DNA from: Xanthobacter sp. VTT E-85242
GTDB taxonomy: Bacteria > Pseudomonadota > Alphaproteobacteria > Rhizobiales > Xanthobacteraceae
Length of the DNA: 64,000 nt
Strand: one strand, 5' to 3'
Assembly: GCF_043195095.1 (NCBI RefSeq)
Contig: NZ_JBAFWN010000001.1
Shown here: positions 33,217 through 43,996 of the stretch, in pieces
How the letters are laid out: each line of letters starts with the position of its first letter
Numbering within the stretch: position 1 is the stretch's first letter
The notes under the pieces: model-generated
Told to the model about the DNA's origin: nothing
The model's input: only the letters and a program-made list of their open reading frames with translations
Database searches by the model: none
Made by a program: the position numbers and the translations under genes

Positions 33217-33834
33217 TCACAGGACCGGGGCGACCGGGGTGCCGGCCGGCACTTCGGCGACGGGCTCGGCGACCACAACGTCCTTCTTGCGGCCGCGCAT
33301 GGTATCGCCCGCGTTGGACAGAAGAGAGGAGGTGTCGGCGCGGGCCTTTTCAAACTCCTGCACGAAATAGGCGCGCATCTTCTCCGGCTCGAAGTCGAGC
33401 AGCGTGCCGCCGGCTTCGAAATGCTGGGTGAACACGCGGCCGAGCGCGACGGTGGCGGCGGCGGAGAGCGCCGGCATCACGGCGGCGCCGAGCAGGGCGC
33501 CGATGAAGGGCACCGACTTGGCGATGCTGCCGAGGCCGCCGGTGGTCATCACCGCCGGAATGCCGCCGCCGAGCACGGAGGCCGCAACGGCGCGGATCCG
33601 CTCGCGCGAGAACGGCAGGTCATAGACCTTCGCGAGCTCGCCGATCATGGTGTACTGGATGCCCGCCACGCCGGCGACATCCACCACCGGCAGGGGGATC
33701 AGGCCCATGCCGGCCGCCCAGAGCGCGTGCGAACGCACGATCTTCTCGGCCTTGTCCTGGTTGGAGACGAGCGGGGCGGACGCCACGGGGCTGTCCACAT
33801 GCGATTCGTGGTCGTTCTGCACATCGGAAACCAT
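33217..33834 (-). CDS. DUF697-family (YcjF-like) protein
   Basis: GMGLIPLPVVDVAGVAGIQYTMIGELAKVYD matches the DUF697 IPLP-D core as I recall it; flagged for HMM confirmation. Confidence 0.5.
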   Translation of the reverse strand: MVSDVQNDHESHVDSPVASAPLVSNQDKAEKIVRSHALWAAGMGLIPLPVVDVAGVAGIQYTMIGELAKVYDLPFSRERIRAVAASVLGGGIPAVMTTGGLGSIAKSVPFIGALLGAAVMPALSAAATVALGRVFTQHFEAGGTLLDFEPEKMRAYFVQEFEKARADTSSLLSNAGDTMRGRKKDVVVAEPVAEVPAGTPVAPVL

Positions 33835-34599
33835 GGGTCATCCTCACGCGGTTGGATAACGAACATTTCGCGGCCGGACCTGCGCGCCCCTGACGCAACC
33901 TGAAGCCCCGCGGACAGTGCGCCGCGGGCGGACCTGCTGCGACCGGGCTCGCCAGCCCGACAATGATACAATCAAAATTATTTAGTCCGATTTTTTACAA
34001 TCGGATTTCCATTCTGAAGCTTAGCCCGCGGCTTGCCGTCGGCCTTCAAAAGCCGCGCACCCGCAGGCCCATCCCGGACACCATCACGCCGAAAGCCGCA
34101 CATGGCGGCTCATCGCGCGATGCGACGGGAAACTGGCATAAGCGGTTTCAGAAGTCCACATGCTTCACGTATTTAGCTGTCTATCTCAATATACATCTGT
34201 TTTTAAATCTTGCGTGCCAAGCAAATGCTTATGCTTTTGTCATATGCTTGACATCCATCTGCGACACTTCTGCCGCGCGGAAGACGACCTAATCTAATGA
34301 ACTGTCTCGCCTAGGCCTGGTAGGCATGCGCGAGCGCAGCAAACGTGAACGCGAAGCCGCCGTCGTTCGGCAGGTGAGTCTGGGGAACGGCTGCGCGAAA
34401 ATGAAGGCGAATACGCCTCGCCGGGCAGTGGAGGCTGGGCCTCCGCTGCATAAAGGCGAGCCGAACGTATTTTCCGCGAGAGAATATTACAAGTTTTAGT
34501 TGCAATTTTCACATATTCCCACGAACGCGCAGGTCTCACGACCCTACACATATCGGCCTTGCCCCATGGGCCCCGGTCGCCTCGATGAGGAACAGCGTC
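33835..34599. promoter_or_regulatory. 765-bp AT-rich divergent intergenic region between DUF697 (minus) and the type II thioesterase (plus)
   Basis: Local GC far below the window average. Inverted repeat tccgat-N8-atcgga at 33986-34005, three ATGCTT direct repeats at 34225-34248, TTGACA at 34247-34252. No supported ORF. Confidence 0.5.
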
Positions 34600-35448
34600 A
34601 TGAACGGCCTTGGTCTCGCCACGCCGTCCTGCGGCCCTGCCGCCCACACCGCCGGCCGCGTGTCTTGGCCGAACGCCCGCGACGCCGCGCGCAGCAAATG
34701 GCTGCCTTATGCGGAAGGCGGCACCGCGCATTCCCATCGTCTGTTCTGCCTGCCCTTCGCCGGCGGCGGCGCGAGCAGCTTCATGGGGTTGCGGCGCAAT
34801 GCCCCGGCCTGGCTCGATGTGCAGCCAGTTCAATTGCCCGGTCGCGAGAACCGCACGGCGGAACCTGCGCTGCGCAGTGTCGATGAGGTGGTCAGCAGGC
34901 TTGTGGAGGCTTTGCGCCCCTGGCTCGACCGCCCGTTCGGCCTGCTCGGCTATTCGCTGGGCGCGCGGGTCGCCCGCGCCCTGATCCTGCAGCTGCGCCG
35001 CGAGGACCTGCCGCTGCCGCACATCCTGTTCCTTGCCGCCCATCGTGCGCCCAACGCGCCGAGCCGCCGCCCGCCGCTGCACATGCTGCCTTCGGACGCC
35101 TTCTGGGCGCGCCTCGCCGCCTATAGCGGCACGCCCGCCGAAGTGCTGGCGAACCAGGAATTGCGCGACCTGCTGGAACCCATGCTGCGGGCGGATTTCG
35201 AGATGGCCGAGGGCAATATGCCCGTGGCCGCGCCCCTGCCCTGCCCGGTGGTCGCCTTCGCCGGCACCGAGGACCCCTTCGCCGGGCCGCAGGACATGGC
35301 CGGTTGGGCGCTGGAAACGCGCGGCGATTTCGAGCTGGTCACGGTGGAAGGCGCGCATTTCTTCCTGCGCACCAATGCCCGCTGCTTCATGGACCACGTC
35401 TTCTCGCGGGCCGCCCTCCGCCTTCTGCCCCACGCCGTCGCGGCCTGA
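34600..35448 (+). CDS. Type II (editing) thioesterase
   Basis: LFCLPFAGGGASSF N-terminal motif, GYSLGARVA (GxSxG), C-terminal His region, about 280 aa. Confidence 0.85.
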   Translation: MNGLGLATPSCGPAAHTAGRVSWPNARDAARSKWLPYAEGGTAHSHRLFCLPFAGGGASSFMGLRRNAPAWLDVQPVQLPGRENRTAEPALRSVDEVVSRLVEALRPWLDRPFGLLGYSLGARVARALILQLRREDLPLPHILFLAAHRAPNAPSRRPPLHMLPSDAFWARLAAYSGTPAEVLANQELRDLLEPMLRADFEMAEGNMPVAAPLPCPVVAFAGTEDPFAGPQDMAGWALETRGDFELVTVEGAHFFLRTNARCFMDHVFSRAALRLLPHAVAA

Positions 35449-35493
35449 ACCGAGCGGGACGCCCGAGGGGCGCCCGCTCCTTCTCGCCCGCGC

Positions 35494-36513
35494 CTATTTG
35501 CGCGCCGCCGCCAGGACGTCCGTGATGGCGGCGATCACCGCCTTGGGATCGTCGTCCTGAATATAATGCCCGGACTTGGGGATCAGGCGGTTCACGCCCA
35601 CGGTGGAATTCGCCGCCAGCTCATCGTGCAGCTGCATCCACAGCGCGTTGGCCGGCCCGCGCTCCGCCTCGGGCATGTTGGGCATGGCGTTGCCGGCGGT
35701 CAGCACGATCAGCGGCAGGGCCTTGAAGCTGCCCTTGGCGGCATTCAGCTCGCGATCGTCGCGGGTGGGATTGGCGGCATCCATCGAGAACATATTCTCA
35801 TGCTCCGACAGCATGGCCTGCCAATAAGAGGCGGTCATGCTCCAGCCGTTCTCCACCGCCGCCAGGGCGGCATCGGCACCCGCGGTCACATTGCCGCAAT
35901 CGGCGAGGATCTGGCTGCCCGGCGTGATGTCGCCGACCTTCGCCGCGTTCAGGCACTTCACCAGCAGCGCTCGCTGGCTGGCATTGGCCTGGTAATAGGA
36001 TTGGGTCACCGGCGCCATCAGCTTTTCCTGATTCGCCACCGCCGGGTCGACCAGCACCATGCCCGCCAGATCGTCGAGGTGACGGTCGGCGAAGTAGACG
36101 GCGTTCATCCCGCCCATGGAATGGGCCACCAGCACGATCGGCCGTTCGATGTTGGCCGCGCGCAGCATCTTGTGCAGGTCGCGCGTCATGACCGGCAGGT
36201 TCTGCGGCTCGGGCGTGGGATCGCTGAAGCCAAGGCCGGCGCGATCATAGGCGCAGGCGCGGGTGAGCTTGGCGATCTCCCCCTGCACATAGCGCCACGT
36301 CACCGAGGTCTCGCCGAAGCCGGCCTCGAAGATCACGGTCGGGCTACCGCTGCCCTGGCACACCAGGTTCAGCCGCCGCCCCGCGTCGACATCCACCAAT
36401 TGGCCGGGCTTGCCATAGAGCGCCTGGTCAAACGGCTGACCCGTCTGTGCCAGGCAAGGAACGGCCCCCATCGCGCTCGCCACAACCACAAGACCAAAGT
36501 TTAGCCAAGACAT
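35494..36513 (-). CDS. Secreted alpha/beta-hydrolase
   Basis: Signal peptide MSWLNFGLVVVASAMGAVPCLAQ, nucleophile elbow AHSMGG. Confidence 0.7.
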   Translation of the reverse strand: MSWLNFGLVVVASAMGAVPCLAQTGQPFDQALYGKPGQLVDVDAGRRLNLVCQGSGSPTVIFEAGFGETSVTWRYVQGEIAKLTRACAYDRAGLGFSDPTPEPQNLPVMTRDLHKMLRAANIERPIVLVAHSMGGMNAVYFADRHLDDLAGMVLVDPAVANQEKLMAPVTQSYYQANASQRALLVKCLNAAKVGDITPGSQILADCGNVTAGADAALAAVENGWSMTASYWQAMLSEHENMFSMDAANPTRDDRELNAAKGSFKALPLIVLTAGNAMPNMPEAERGPANALWMQLHDELAANSTVGVNRLIPKSGHYIQDDDPKAVIAAITDVLAAARK

Positions 36514-36712
36514 GATCCACCCCCATGCTGCGAGGTGGCCTTAGCGGCAAGATGTTTCAGCGTGACGACGGTTGGAGGAACACACCGGATTCATCGCGAT
36601 TTCGGCGCGATTCGCGCGATGCAGACAAATTCCTCGAAACGTTCCGGCGACGTTCCGACGAATAGCGCTGAAATCGCGCGGTTATGTGCGGAGATCCGGG
36701 ATGAAACCGGCG

Positions 36713-37711
36713 TTAAACTCCATTTCCTCGCGCCAATTGCGTCGTCAGCACCACTTTTCCCTTCACCCGCCGGCCGGCAATCTCGCCGAGCGCGTCGGCG
36801 CAATTCACCAAAGGAAATGTGGTATCCACATGGGCCGAGATGCGGCCGGCACGAGCATGGCCGATCAGCTCCGCCGCTGCCGTCCTGAGCCAGGGCACAT
36901 CGCGCCGCGCCTGCGCCCCGAAGGCCACGCCGCGGGCATCACAATTCTTCAGCAGCAACAGGTTGAGCGGCAGTTTCGGGATCTCGCCGGCGGCGAATCC
37001 GATCACCAGCAGACGCCCGCACCAGCCCAGCGCCCGCACCGCCTGCTCGGATTGCGCCCCGCCCACCGGATCGAACACCACATCAATGCCCCGCTCCCCG
37101 CCGAGCGCTTTCAGCGCGAGTTTAAGGTCTTGCTGCGTATAATCTATTCCCTCGTCGGCCCCATGCGCGCGGGCAAAATCCAGCTTGTCCTGGGCGGAGG
37201 CACACGCGATCACGCGGGCGCCCAGGACCTTGCCCAGCTCCACCGCCGCGAGCCCCACCCCTCCCGCCGCGCCGAGCACCGCAAGTGTTTCTCCCGCCTT
37301 CAATTCTCCGCGATCCCGCAGGGCATACAGAGCGGTGCCATAGGTGACGATGAGGCCGGCGGCGCGCACCAGGTCGAGGTCGTCCGGCACCGGGGCGAGG
37401 ATCTGCGCCTTCACCACCACCTTCTCCCGCGCGGCGCCGCTGGTCATGTAGCCGGCCACCCGGTCGCCGATGCGAAGGTCGTCCACGCCCTCCCCCAAGG
37501 CACTGACAAATCCGGAGAATTCCGCACCAGGCGAAAACGGCAGGGGCGGCTTGTGCTGATAGAGATCGCGGATGATCAGCGTGTCGAAGAAGTTGAGCCC
37601 GACCGCCGCCACGTCCACCACCACCTCGCCGGGACCTGGCACCGGATCGGGCAGATCCTGGACCACCAATTGCTCCGCCGGCCCGTGGCGCACGCACATG
37701 ACAGCCTTCAT
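36713..37711 (-). CDS. NADPH:quinone oxidoreductase (zinc-type ADH/MDR superfamily)
   Basis: MKAVMCVRHGPAEQL..., Rossmann GAAGGVGLAAVELGK. Start moved to the internal ATG at 37711 (the track ORF starts at 37852 with a non-native leader). Confidence 0.8.
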   Translation of the reverse strand: MKAVMCVRHGPAEQLVVQDLPDPVPGPGEVVVDVAAVGLNFFDTLIIRDLYQHKPPLPFSPGAEFSGFVSALGEGVDDLRIGDRVAGYMTSGAAREKVVVKAQILAPVPDDLDLVRAAGLIVTYGTALYALRDRGELKAGETLAVLGAAGGVGLAAVELGKVLGARVIACASAQDKLDFARAHGADEGIDYTQQDLKLALKALGGERGIDVVFDPVGGAQSEQAVRALGWCGRLLVIGFAAGEIPKLPLNLLLLKNCDARGVAFGAQARRDVPWLRTAAAELIGHARAGRISAHVDTTFPLVNCADALGEIAGRRVKGKVVLTTQLARGNGV

Positions 37712-37981
37712 GACCCCATCCCCATCATCCTCGCCACGGGGCGCAGCACCGCCCGACGCAGCCTTGCCGAAACCGGCGGAACCGCGCGATCCTTCCCACG
37801 AAACCGGGGATGGCGCCCATGGCGTCTTGTCAACTCGCCGCCCTGGCCGCAAAGGATGCCAGCGCGTTAAGGAAGCAAAAGCAGTCTGTGTGCCATTTTT
37901 TTGTCGGCGTCCACATTTAGGGGCATTGAAGCAGCCCGCTGCGCTGCCTTTCCTGCACCGCGTTCAGATCTAGGAGAAGTC

Positions 37982-38503
37982 ATGGCTCCGTTCCGCACAC
38001 GCCTTGCCGTCCTCGGCGGCCTCGCCGCCGCTCTGGTCGCAGGCCCGGCGTTCGCCCAGCAGGCGCAGCCCAAGCCGGTCGCGCAGTTCGGCGATTGGAG
38101 CGTCTACGTTAGCGCCACGCCCAACGCCAAGGTCTGCTACACGATCTCGCAGCCCAAGGACCGCCTGCCCGCCGGGCTGAAACGCGATCCGGCCTATTTC
38201 TTCATCTCCACCCGCCCGGCCGAGAATGTGAAGAACGAGATCAGCCTGACCATGGGCTTCGCCCTTAAGGAAGGCAGCGAAGCCAAGCTGACCGTGGGGA
38301 CGCAGGCCTTCGCGCTCTATACGAAGTCCGAAGGCGCATGGGTGCGCAATGTCGCGGACGAGGGCAAAATGGTGGAAGCCCTGCGCAAGGGCAGGGATGT
38401 AACCGTGGTGAGCGTGTCCGCGCGCGGCAATTCCACCACCGACAAATACGGTCTCGCGGGCATCGCCCAGGCCCTCGACCGCGTCGCGCAGGAATGCAAA
38501 TAG
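37982..38503 (+). CDS. Invasion-associated locus B (IalB) family periplasmic protein
   Basis: Signal peptide, FGDWSVYVS...KVCYTIS...GLAGIAQALDRVAQEC, typical IalB family, about 173 aa. Confidence 0.75.
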   Translation: MAPFRTRLAVLGGLAAALVAGPAFAQQAQPKPVAQFGDWSVYVSATPNAKVCYTISQPKDRLPAGLKRDPAYFFISTRPAENVKNEISLTMGFALKEGSEAKLTVGTQAFALYTKSEGAWVRNVADEGKMVEALRKGRDVTVVSVSARGNSTTDKYGLAGIAQALDRVAQECK

Positions 38504-38625
38504 CCGCCGGCGACAGCCCCGGCGCGGCCACTTTGCCCGAACCGCGCCGCAATCCTTGCATTTAAAGGGCCTGAAGGATCGGATCGCGTCCGTCGTGCGG
38601 CTGGCATGGCGGGCGCGAAACCATT

Positions 38626-39852
38626 ATGTGTGACCCGATGACGCTCCTGATCGACACCACCCCCGCCGCCGCGCCGGCCCCTGCCCCCGTTTCGCTCCCC
38701 TCCCTCGTGGGGCTAGACCGGGAGAAGCTGGGCCGCGCGCTCGCCGCCGTGGGGGTCGCCGAACGCGACCTGCGCATGCGCGTCAACCAGCTCTGGCATT
38801 GGATCTACCTGCGCGGCGCGCTCAATTTCGACGAGATGACCAACGTCTCCAAGCATTTGCGGGCGACCCTGGCACAGGCCTATTCGCTGGAGCGGCCGGA
38901 GATCGTTGTGGAGCAGGTGTCGCAGGACGGCACCCGCAAATGGCTGCTGCGCCTGCCGGCGGATACGCCCGGCGAGAAGCCGCACGAAGTCGAGTGCGTC
39001 TATATTCCCGAGAGCGACCGCGGCACCTTGTGCGTCTCAAGCCAAGTGGGCTGCACGCTCAATTGCTCATTCTGCCACACCGGGACCCAGCGCCTGGTGC
39101 GCAATCTTTCCGCCGCCGAGATCGTGGCGCAGGTGATGGTGGCGCGCGACCGGCTCGGCGATTACCCCGGCCGCGACCGCGCGGTCGGCCCCGGCCTGCC
39201 GACCGAGGGGGACAGGCTCGTCACCAACATCGTCTTCATGGGCATGGGTGAACCCCTCTATGCGTATGAATCCGTGGCTGAATCCATTGAGATCCTGTCG
39301 GATGGAGATGGCCTCGGCCTCGGCAAGCGGCGCATCACGGTCTCCACGTCCGGGGTGGTGCCCGAGATCGAGCGGCTCGGCCGCGAGGTCGCGCCCATGC
39401 TCGCCATCTCGCTCCACGCGGTACGTGACGAATTGCGCGACGTGCTGGTGCCGATCAACAAGAAATACCCGCTGGCGCAATTGCTTGAAGCGTGCCGCAC
39501 CTATCCGGCCGCGTCCAACGCCAAGCGCATCACGTTCGAATATGTGATGCTGAAGGGCGTCAACGACAGCCCGGCCGATGCCCGAGCCCTGGTCCGCCTG
39601 CTGGAAGGCATTCCGGCCAAGATCAACCTCATCCCGTTCAACCCCTGGCCGGGCACCCAATACGAGTGCTCCGACTGGGAGACGATCGAAAAGTTTTCCG
39701 ACATCGTGTTCCGCGCGGGTTATGCCAGCCCGGTGCGCACCCCCCGCGGACGCGACATTCTCGCCGCCTGCGGCCAGCTCAAGAGCGAGACGGAAAAGCT
39801 TTCCGCCCGCGAGCGGCTGGCGCTGCGCGCCATGGCGGCAGCTGCCGAATAA
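38626..39852 (+). CDS. rlmN: 23S rRNA (adenine2503-C2)/tRNA methyltransferase, radical SAM
   Basis: [11 protein letters not shown] radical-SAM cysteine triad, [20 protein letters not shown], conserved catalytic Cys near the C-terminus. Confidence 0.9.
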   Translation: MCDPMTLLIDTTPAAAPAPAPVSLPSLVGLDREKLGRALAAVGVAERDLRMRVNQLWHWIYLRGALNFDEMTNVSKHLRATLAQAYSLERPEIVVEQVSQDGTRKWLLRLPADTPGEKPHEVECVYIPESDRGTLCVSSQVGCTLNCSFCHTGTQRLVRNLSAAEIVAQVMVARDRLGDYPGRDRAVGPGLPTEGDRLVTNIVFMGMGEPLYAYESVAESIEILSDGDGLGLGKRRITVSTSGVVPEIERLGREVAPMLAISLHAVRDELRDVLVPINKKYPLAQLLEACRTYPAASNAKRITFEYVMLKGVNDSPADARALVRLLEGIPAKINLIPFNPWPGTQYECSDWETIEKFSDIVFRAGYASPVRTPRGRDILAACGQLKSETEKLSARERLALRAMAAAAE

Positions 39853-39886
39853 TCGTTCCGCATCAGGCTTAAGGCCACGCGCGCCC

Positions 39887-40402
39887 ATGGATTCCGTCTT
39901 CCGTCTCCTGCTGCGGCTCATCCTCATTCCGGCCGGATATGTGGTGGCCATCTGCGCCGGCACGGCGGTGATCCTGTTCGGCCAATGGCGCATCGGCACG
40001 CTGTTCGCCAGCGCGCCGGAAAGCCCGGATACGTTGGTGATGCTGGTGGATGCGCTGTTCACCGCCGGATTCCTGGTGGTGTTCCTGGTCTCCACCATGT
40101 GGCTGGTGGCGGCAATCGGCGTGCTGTTCTCGGAAATGTTCGCCGTGCGCTCCTGGATGTTCCATGTGGCGAATGGCGCGGTTTCCGCCTTTGTCGGCGC
40201 ACAGCTCTTTCCCACCCTCAGCGGCGAGCGCATGCCCGTGGCGGACCCGTTCTACATTCTCGCGGCGGGGCTGGCAGGCGGACTTGCCTATTGGCTCGTG
40301 GCGGGATGGAGCGCTGGCTTCTGGAAGCCCATGCTGCTCTCCTCCGGCCGGGCCCAGCTTCCCCCGCCCCCGCCGACCGGCGGAACACCGCCGGCGCAAT
40401 GA
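39887..40402 (+). CDS. Hypothetical polytopic membrane protein with Pro-rich C-terminus
   Basis: Four hydrophobic segments. Start at the in-frame ATG 39887 (the track ORF 39578.. overlaps rlmN). Confidence 0.5.
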   Translation: MDSVFRLLLRLILIPAGYVVAICAGTAVILFGQWRIGTLFASAPESPDTLVMLVDALFTAGFLVVFLVSTMWLVAAIGVLFSEMFAVRSWMFHVANGAVSAFVGAQLFPTLSGERMPVADPFYILAAGLAGGLAYWLVAGWSAGFWKPMLLSSGRAQLPPPPPTGGTPPAQ

Positions 40403-40411
40403 AGGCGGTGC

Positions 40412-41041
40412 CTATTGGGCGGCGGGCTGCGGCGCATGGGCGATCTGCACCGCATGGTCCAGCGCCATTTCCAGCCGGTCGTTGCCCCAGAACAAGTCCT
40501 TGTCCGCGGTGACGAAGGTGGGCGCGCCGAATATGCCGAGCGCCTGCGCCTCCTCGACCGTGCCGCGCAACTTGTCCTTGTTTGCCTGCGTCTCCGCCTG
40601 GTCGATCACCTCGTCGCAGAAATGCCCGAGCCCGGCGAGCACCTGCCGCACCACCGTGCGGTCGGAAATGTCGCGTCCCTCGGCGAAGGCCGCGCGGAAC
40701 AGGGCGCGGGTGAAGGCCGGGCGGGAGGCATCGTTGAGCCGCGTCGCCACGCGCGCACCGAGCAGGCCGTTGACCGGGAAGGGCTCCGGCCGGGTCACCG
40801 GCGGCAGGCCATAACGCGCGGCCAGCCGTGCCAGGTCGCGCCACATATGCGCGCCCTTCAGGGGGTAGACATTGAACGGCGAGGAGGAATAGCCCTGGGC
40901 GGCGAAGATCGGCCCAAGCAGGAAGGGCTTCCATTCCACAAGCACGCCCACAGCTTCCGCCAACGGCGCGAGGCGACTCGCCGCGAGATAGGAATAGGGC
41001 GAGGCGAACTCGTAGTAGAAATCAAGCGTGGCCCTGGTCAT
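40412..41041 (-). CDS. 2-hydroxychromene-2-carboxylate isomerase / DsbA-like thioredoxin-fold protein
   Basis: MTRATLDFYYEFASPYSYLA N-terminus and ...GIFGAPTFV... typical of the HCCA-isomerase family. Confidence 0.7.
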   Translation of the reverse strand: MTRATLDFYYEFASPYSYLAASRLAPLAEAVGVLVEWKPFLLGPIFAAQGYSSSPFNVYPLKGAHMWRDLARLAARYGLPPVTRPEPFPVNGLLGARVATRLNDASRPAFTRALFRAAFAEGRDISDRTVVRQVLAGLGHFCDEVIDQAETQANKDKLRGTVEEAQALGIFGAPTFVTADKDLFWGNDRLEMALDHAVQIAHAPQPAAQ

Positions 41042-41072
41042 CGGCCCCTCCTCAGGCTAAATCGGCCGGAGT

Positions 41073-42008
41073 GTGCTGCCGGTCCGCGCATCCCCGCAAG
41101 GGGTTGGATCAAACCGGACCGGAAACCGGGTGCATCAGCGTCACGCGCCAGAGGCAAGGGGAAACACAGGTGATCCGTTGAAGCTCGTGCTTTTCTTCGC
41201 CCTCGTGACCGGCGCGGCCGTCGCGATCCTCTTCACGGTCTTTCCGCAATGGGATCTCGCGATAACCGGGCTGTTCTGGGACGCGGGCTCGCGCAGTTTC
41301 CAGGTCGCCGCCTCGCCTCTCGGCAAGATGCTGCGCAGCGCGGGCAACATTATTCCCTGGCTGTTCGCGGGACCCGCCTTCGCGGCCATCATCCTCAAGC
41401 TGCTGTTTCCGCGGGCGCCCATGTTCATGAGCGCCCGCGCGGCGCTGTTGCTCGCCCTGTCCATGGCCCTCGCGCCGGGCCTGCTGGTGAACGCAGTGCT
41501 GAAGGAACATTGGGGCCGTCCCCGTCCCGTCCATGTGGAGACCTTCGGCGGCAAGGACGTGTTCAGCCCATGGTATTCCACCGACGGCACCTGCCCCGGC
41601 AATTGCTCTTTCGTATCCGGCGAAGGCTCGCTCGGCTTCTGGATGCTGGCACCGGCCAGCCTTGCCCCGGCTCCGTTGCGGCCGGTCGCGGTCGGGGCGG
41701 CATTGGCGTTCGGCATGGCGGCGGGCGGCCTCCGTATCGCTTTCGGCGGCCATTTCTTCACCGATACGGTGTTCTCGGCGCTGCTCACCATCCTCGTCAT
41801 CGTCGGCCTGCGCTGGCTGATCTACGACCGCAGGGGGGCGCTCTCGAGCGCGACGCTGGAGGACGGCATCGGCAAGCTCGGCTTCGCGCTGAACGCGCTG
41901 TTGCTCGCCGTAATGCGCGCGCTCTGGTGGGTTTCTCGCACCGCCATGCGCAAGATTGGCCATGCCTTGCGCGCCCTCCCCTTGCCATGGCGACGCTCCG
42001 GCCTATAG
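41073..42008 (+). CDS. PAP2-family membrane phosphatase
   Basis: KEHWGRPRP (KxxxxxxRP), SFVSGE (PSGH-like), GGHFFTDT (SRxxxxxHxxxD-like) motifs. The true start may be the TTG at 41178 (LKLVLFFALV...). Confidence 0.65.
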   Translation: MLPVRASPQGVGSNRTGNRVHQRHAPEARGNTGDPLKLVLFFALVTGAAVAILFTVFPQWDLAITGLFWDAGSRSFQVAASPLGKMLRSAGNIIPWLFAGPAFAAIILKLLFPRAPMFMSARAALLLALSMALAPGLLVNAVLKEHWGRPRPVHVETFGGKDVFSPWYSTDGTCPGNCSFVSGEGSLGFWMLAPASLAPAPLRPVAVGAALAFGMAAGGLRIAFGGHFFTDTVFSALLTILVIVGLRWLIYDRRGALSSATLEDGIGKLGFALNALLLAVMRALWWVSRTAMRKIGHALRALPLPWRRSGL

Positions 42009-42047
42009 TCCGCGCGCTCTTCAAGGCCCTGTATTTCGAGAGATGAG

Positions 42048-43274
<1,227 letters not shown>

Positions 43275-43338
43275 ACCCACGCGCGCCGGCCTTGCGCCGG
43301 CGCGCCGCCTCCTCCCGGCGCCCTCTCCGGAGCTTTTC

Positions 43339-43977
43339 ATGCAGCCGATTCAGATCTCGGTGGTGCCGGTCACCCCGTTCCAGCAGAATTGCTCCATCCT
43401 GTGGTGCACCGCCACCAACAAGGCAGCAGTGGTCGATCCCGGCGGCGACCTGCCGCGGATCCGGGCGGCGCTCGCGGAAACCGGGGTTGAAGTCGAAAAA
43501 ATCCTCCTCACCCACGGCCATTTCGACCATGCCGCCGGTGCGGCGGAGCTGGCGGAGAGCCTCGGCGTGCCGATCGAGGGACCGAACGCCGCCGACCAGT
43601 TCCTGCTGGACGCGGTGCCGGAGACGGCGGCGAAATATGAGTTCGAAGGTCGGGCGGTAACGCCGGATCGCTATCTGTCCGAGGGCGAGACAGTTCGGGT
43701 TGGCGATCTCACTTTGGATGTTTTGCAGGTGCCGGGGCACACGCCCGGGCATGTGGTGTTCGTGCACGCCCCCTCGAACGTCGCCATCGTGGGCGATACG
43801 CTGTTCAAGGGCTCGGTGGGCCGCACGGATTTTTCCTACGGCAACGCCGAGCAGTTGATCCAAGGCATCGTCACGAAGCTGTTGCCGCTGGGCGATGCCA
43901 TGGTGTGCCTGCCCGGTCATGGGGCCGTCACCAGCATCGGCGACGAGCGGGCGACCAATCCCTTCCTGCCGCGCTGA
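43339..43977 (+). CDS. MBL-fold metallo-hydrolase (glyoxalase II-like)
   Basis: THGHFDHAAG metal-binding motif, later His/Asp ligands, 212 aa. Confidence 0.75.
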   Translation: MQPIQISVVPVTPFQQNCSILWCTATNKAAVVDPGGDLPRIRAALAETGVEVEKILLTHGHFDHAAGAAELAESLGVPIEGPNAADQFLLDAVPETAAKYEFEGRAVTPDRYLSEGETVRVGDLTLDVLQVPGHTPGHVVFVHAPSNVAIVGDTLFKGSVGRTDFSYGNAEQLIQGIVTKLLPLGDAMVCLPGHGAVTSIGDERATNPFLPR

Positions 43978-43996
43978 TCACGCCCCCGGTGCACGC

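Noticed and set aside
33963-34292. 109-aa ORF inside the AT-rich intergenic region
   Set aside because: No start context, odd composition, no similarity. Treated as non-coding regulatory DNA.
43275-43338. GC-rich hairpin after argG (gcgcgccggc-cttgc-gccggcgcgc) as a terminator
   Set aside because: No downstream U-tract. It may be a structural element or Rho-dependent site. Too weak to call as an intrinsic terminator.
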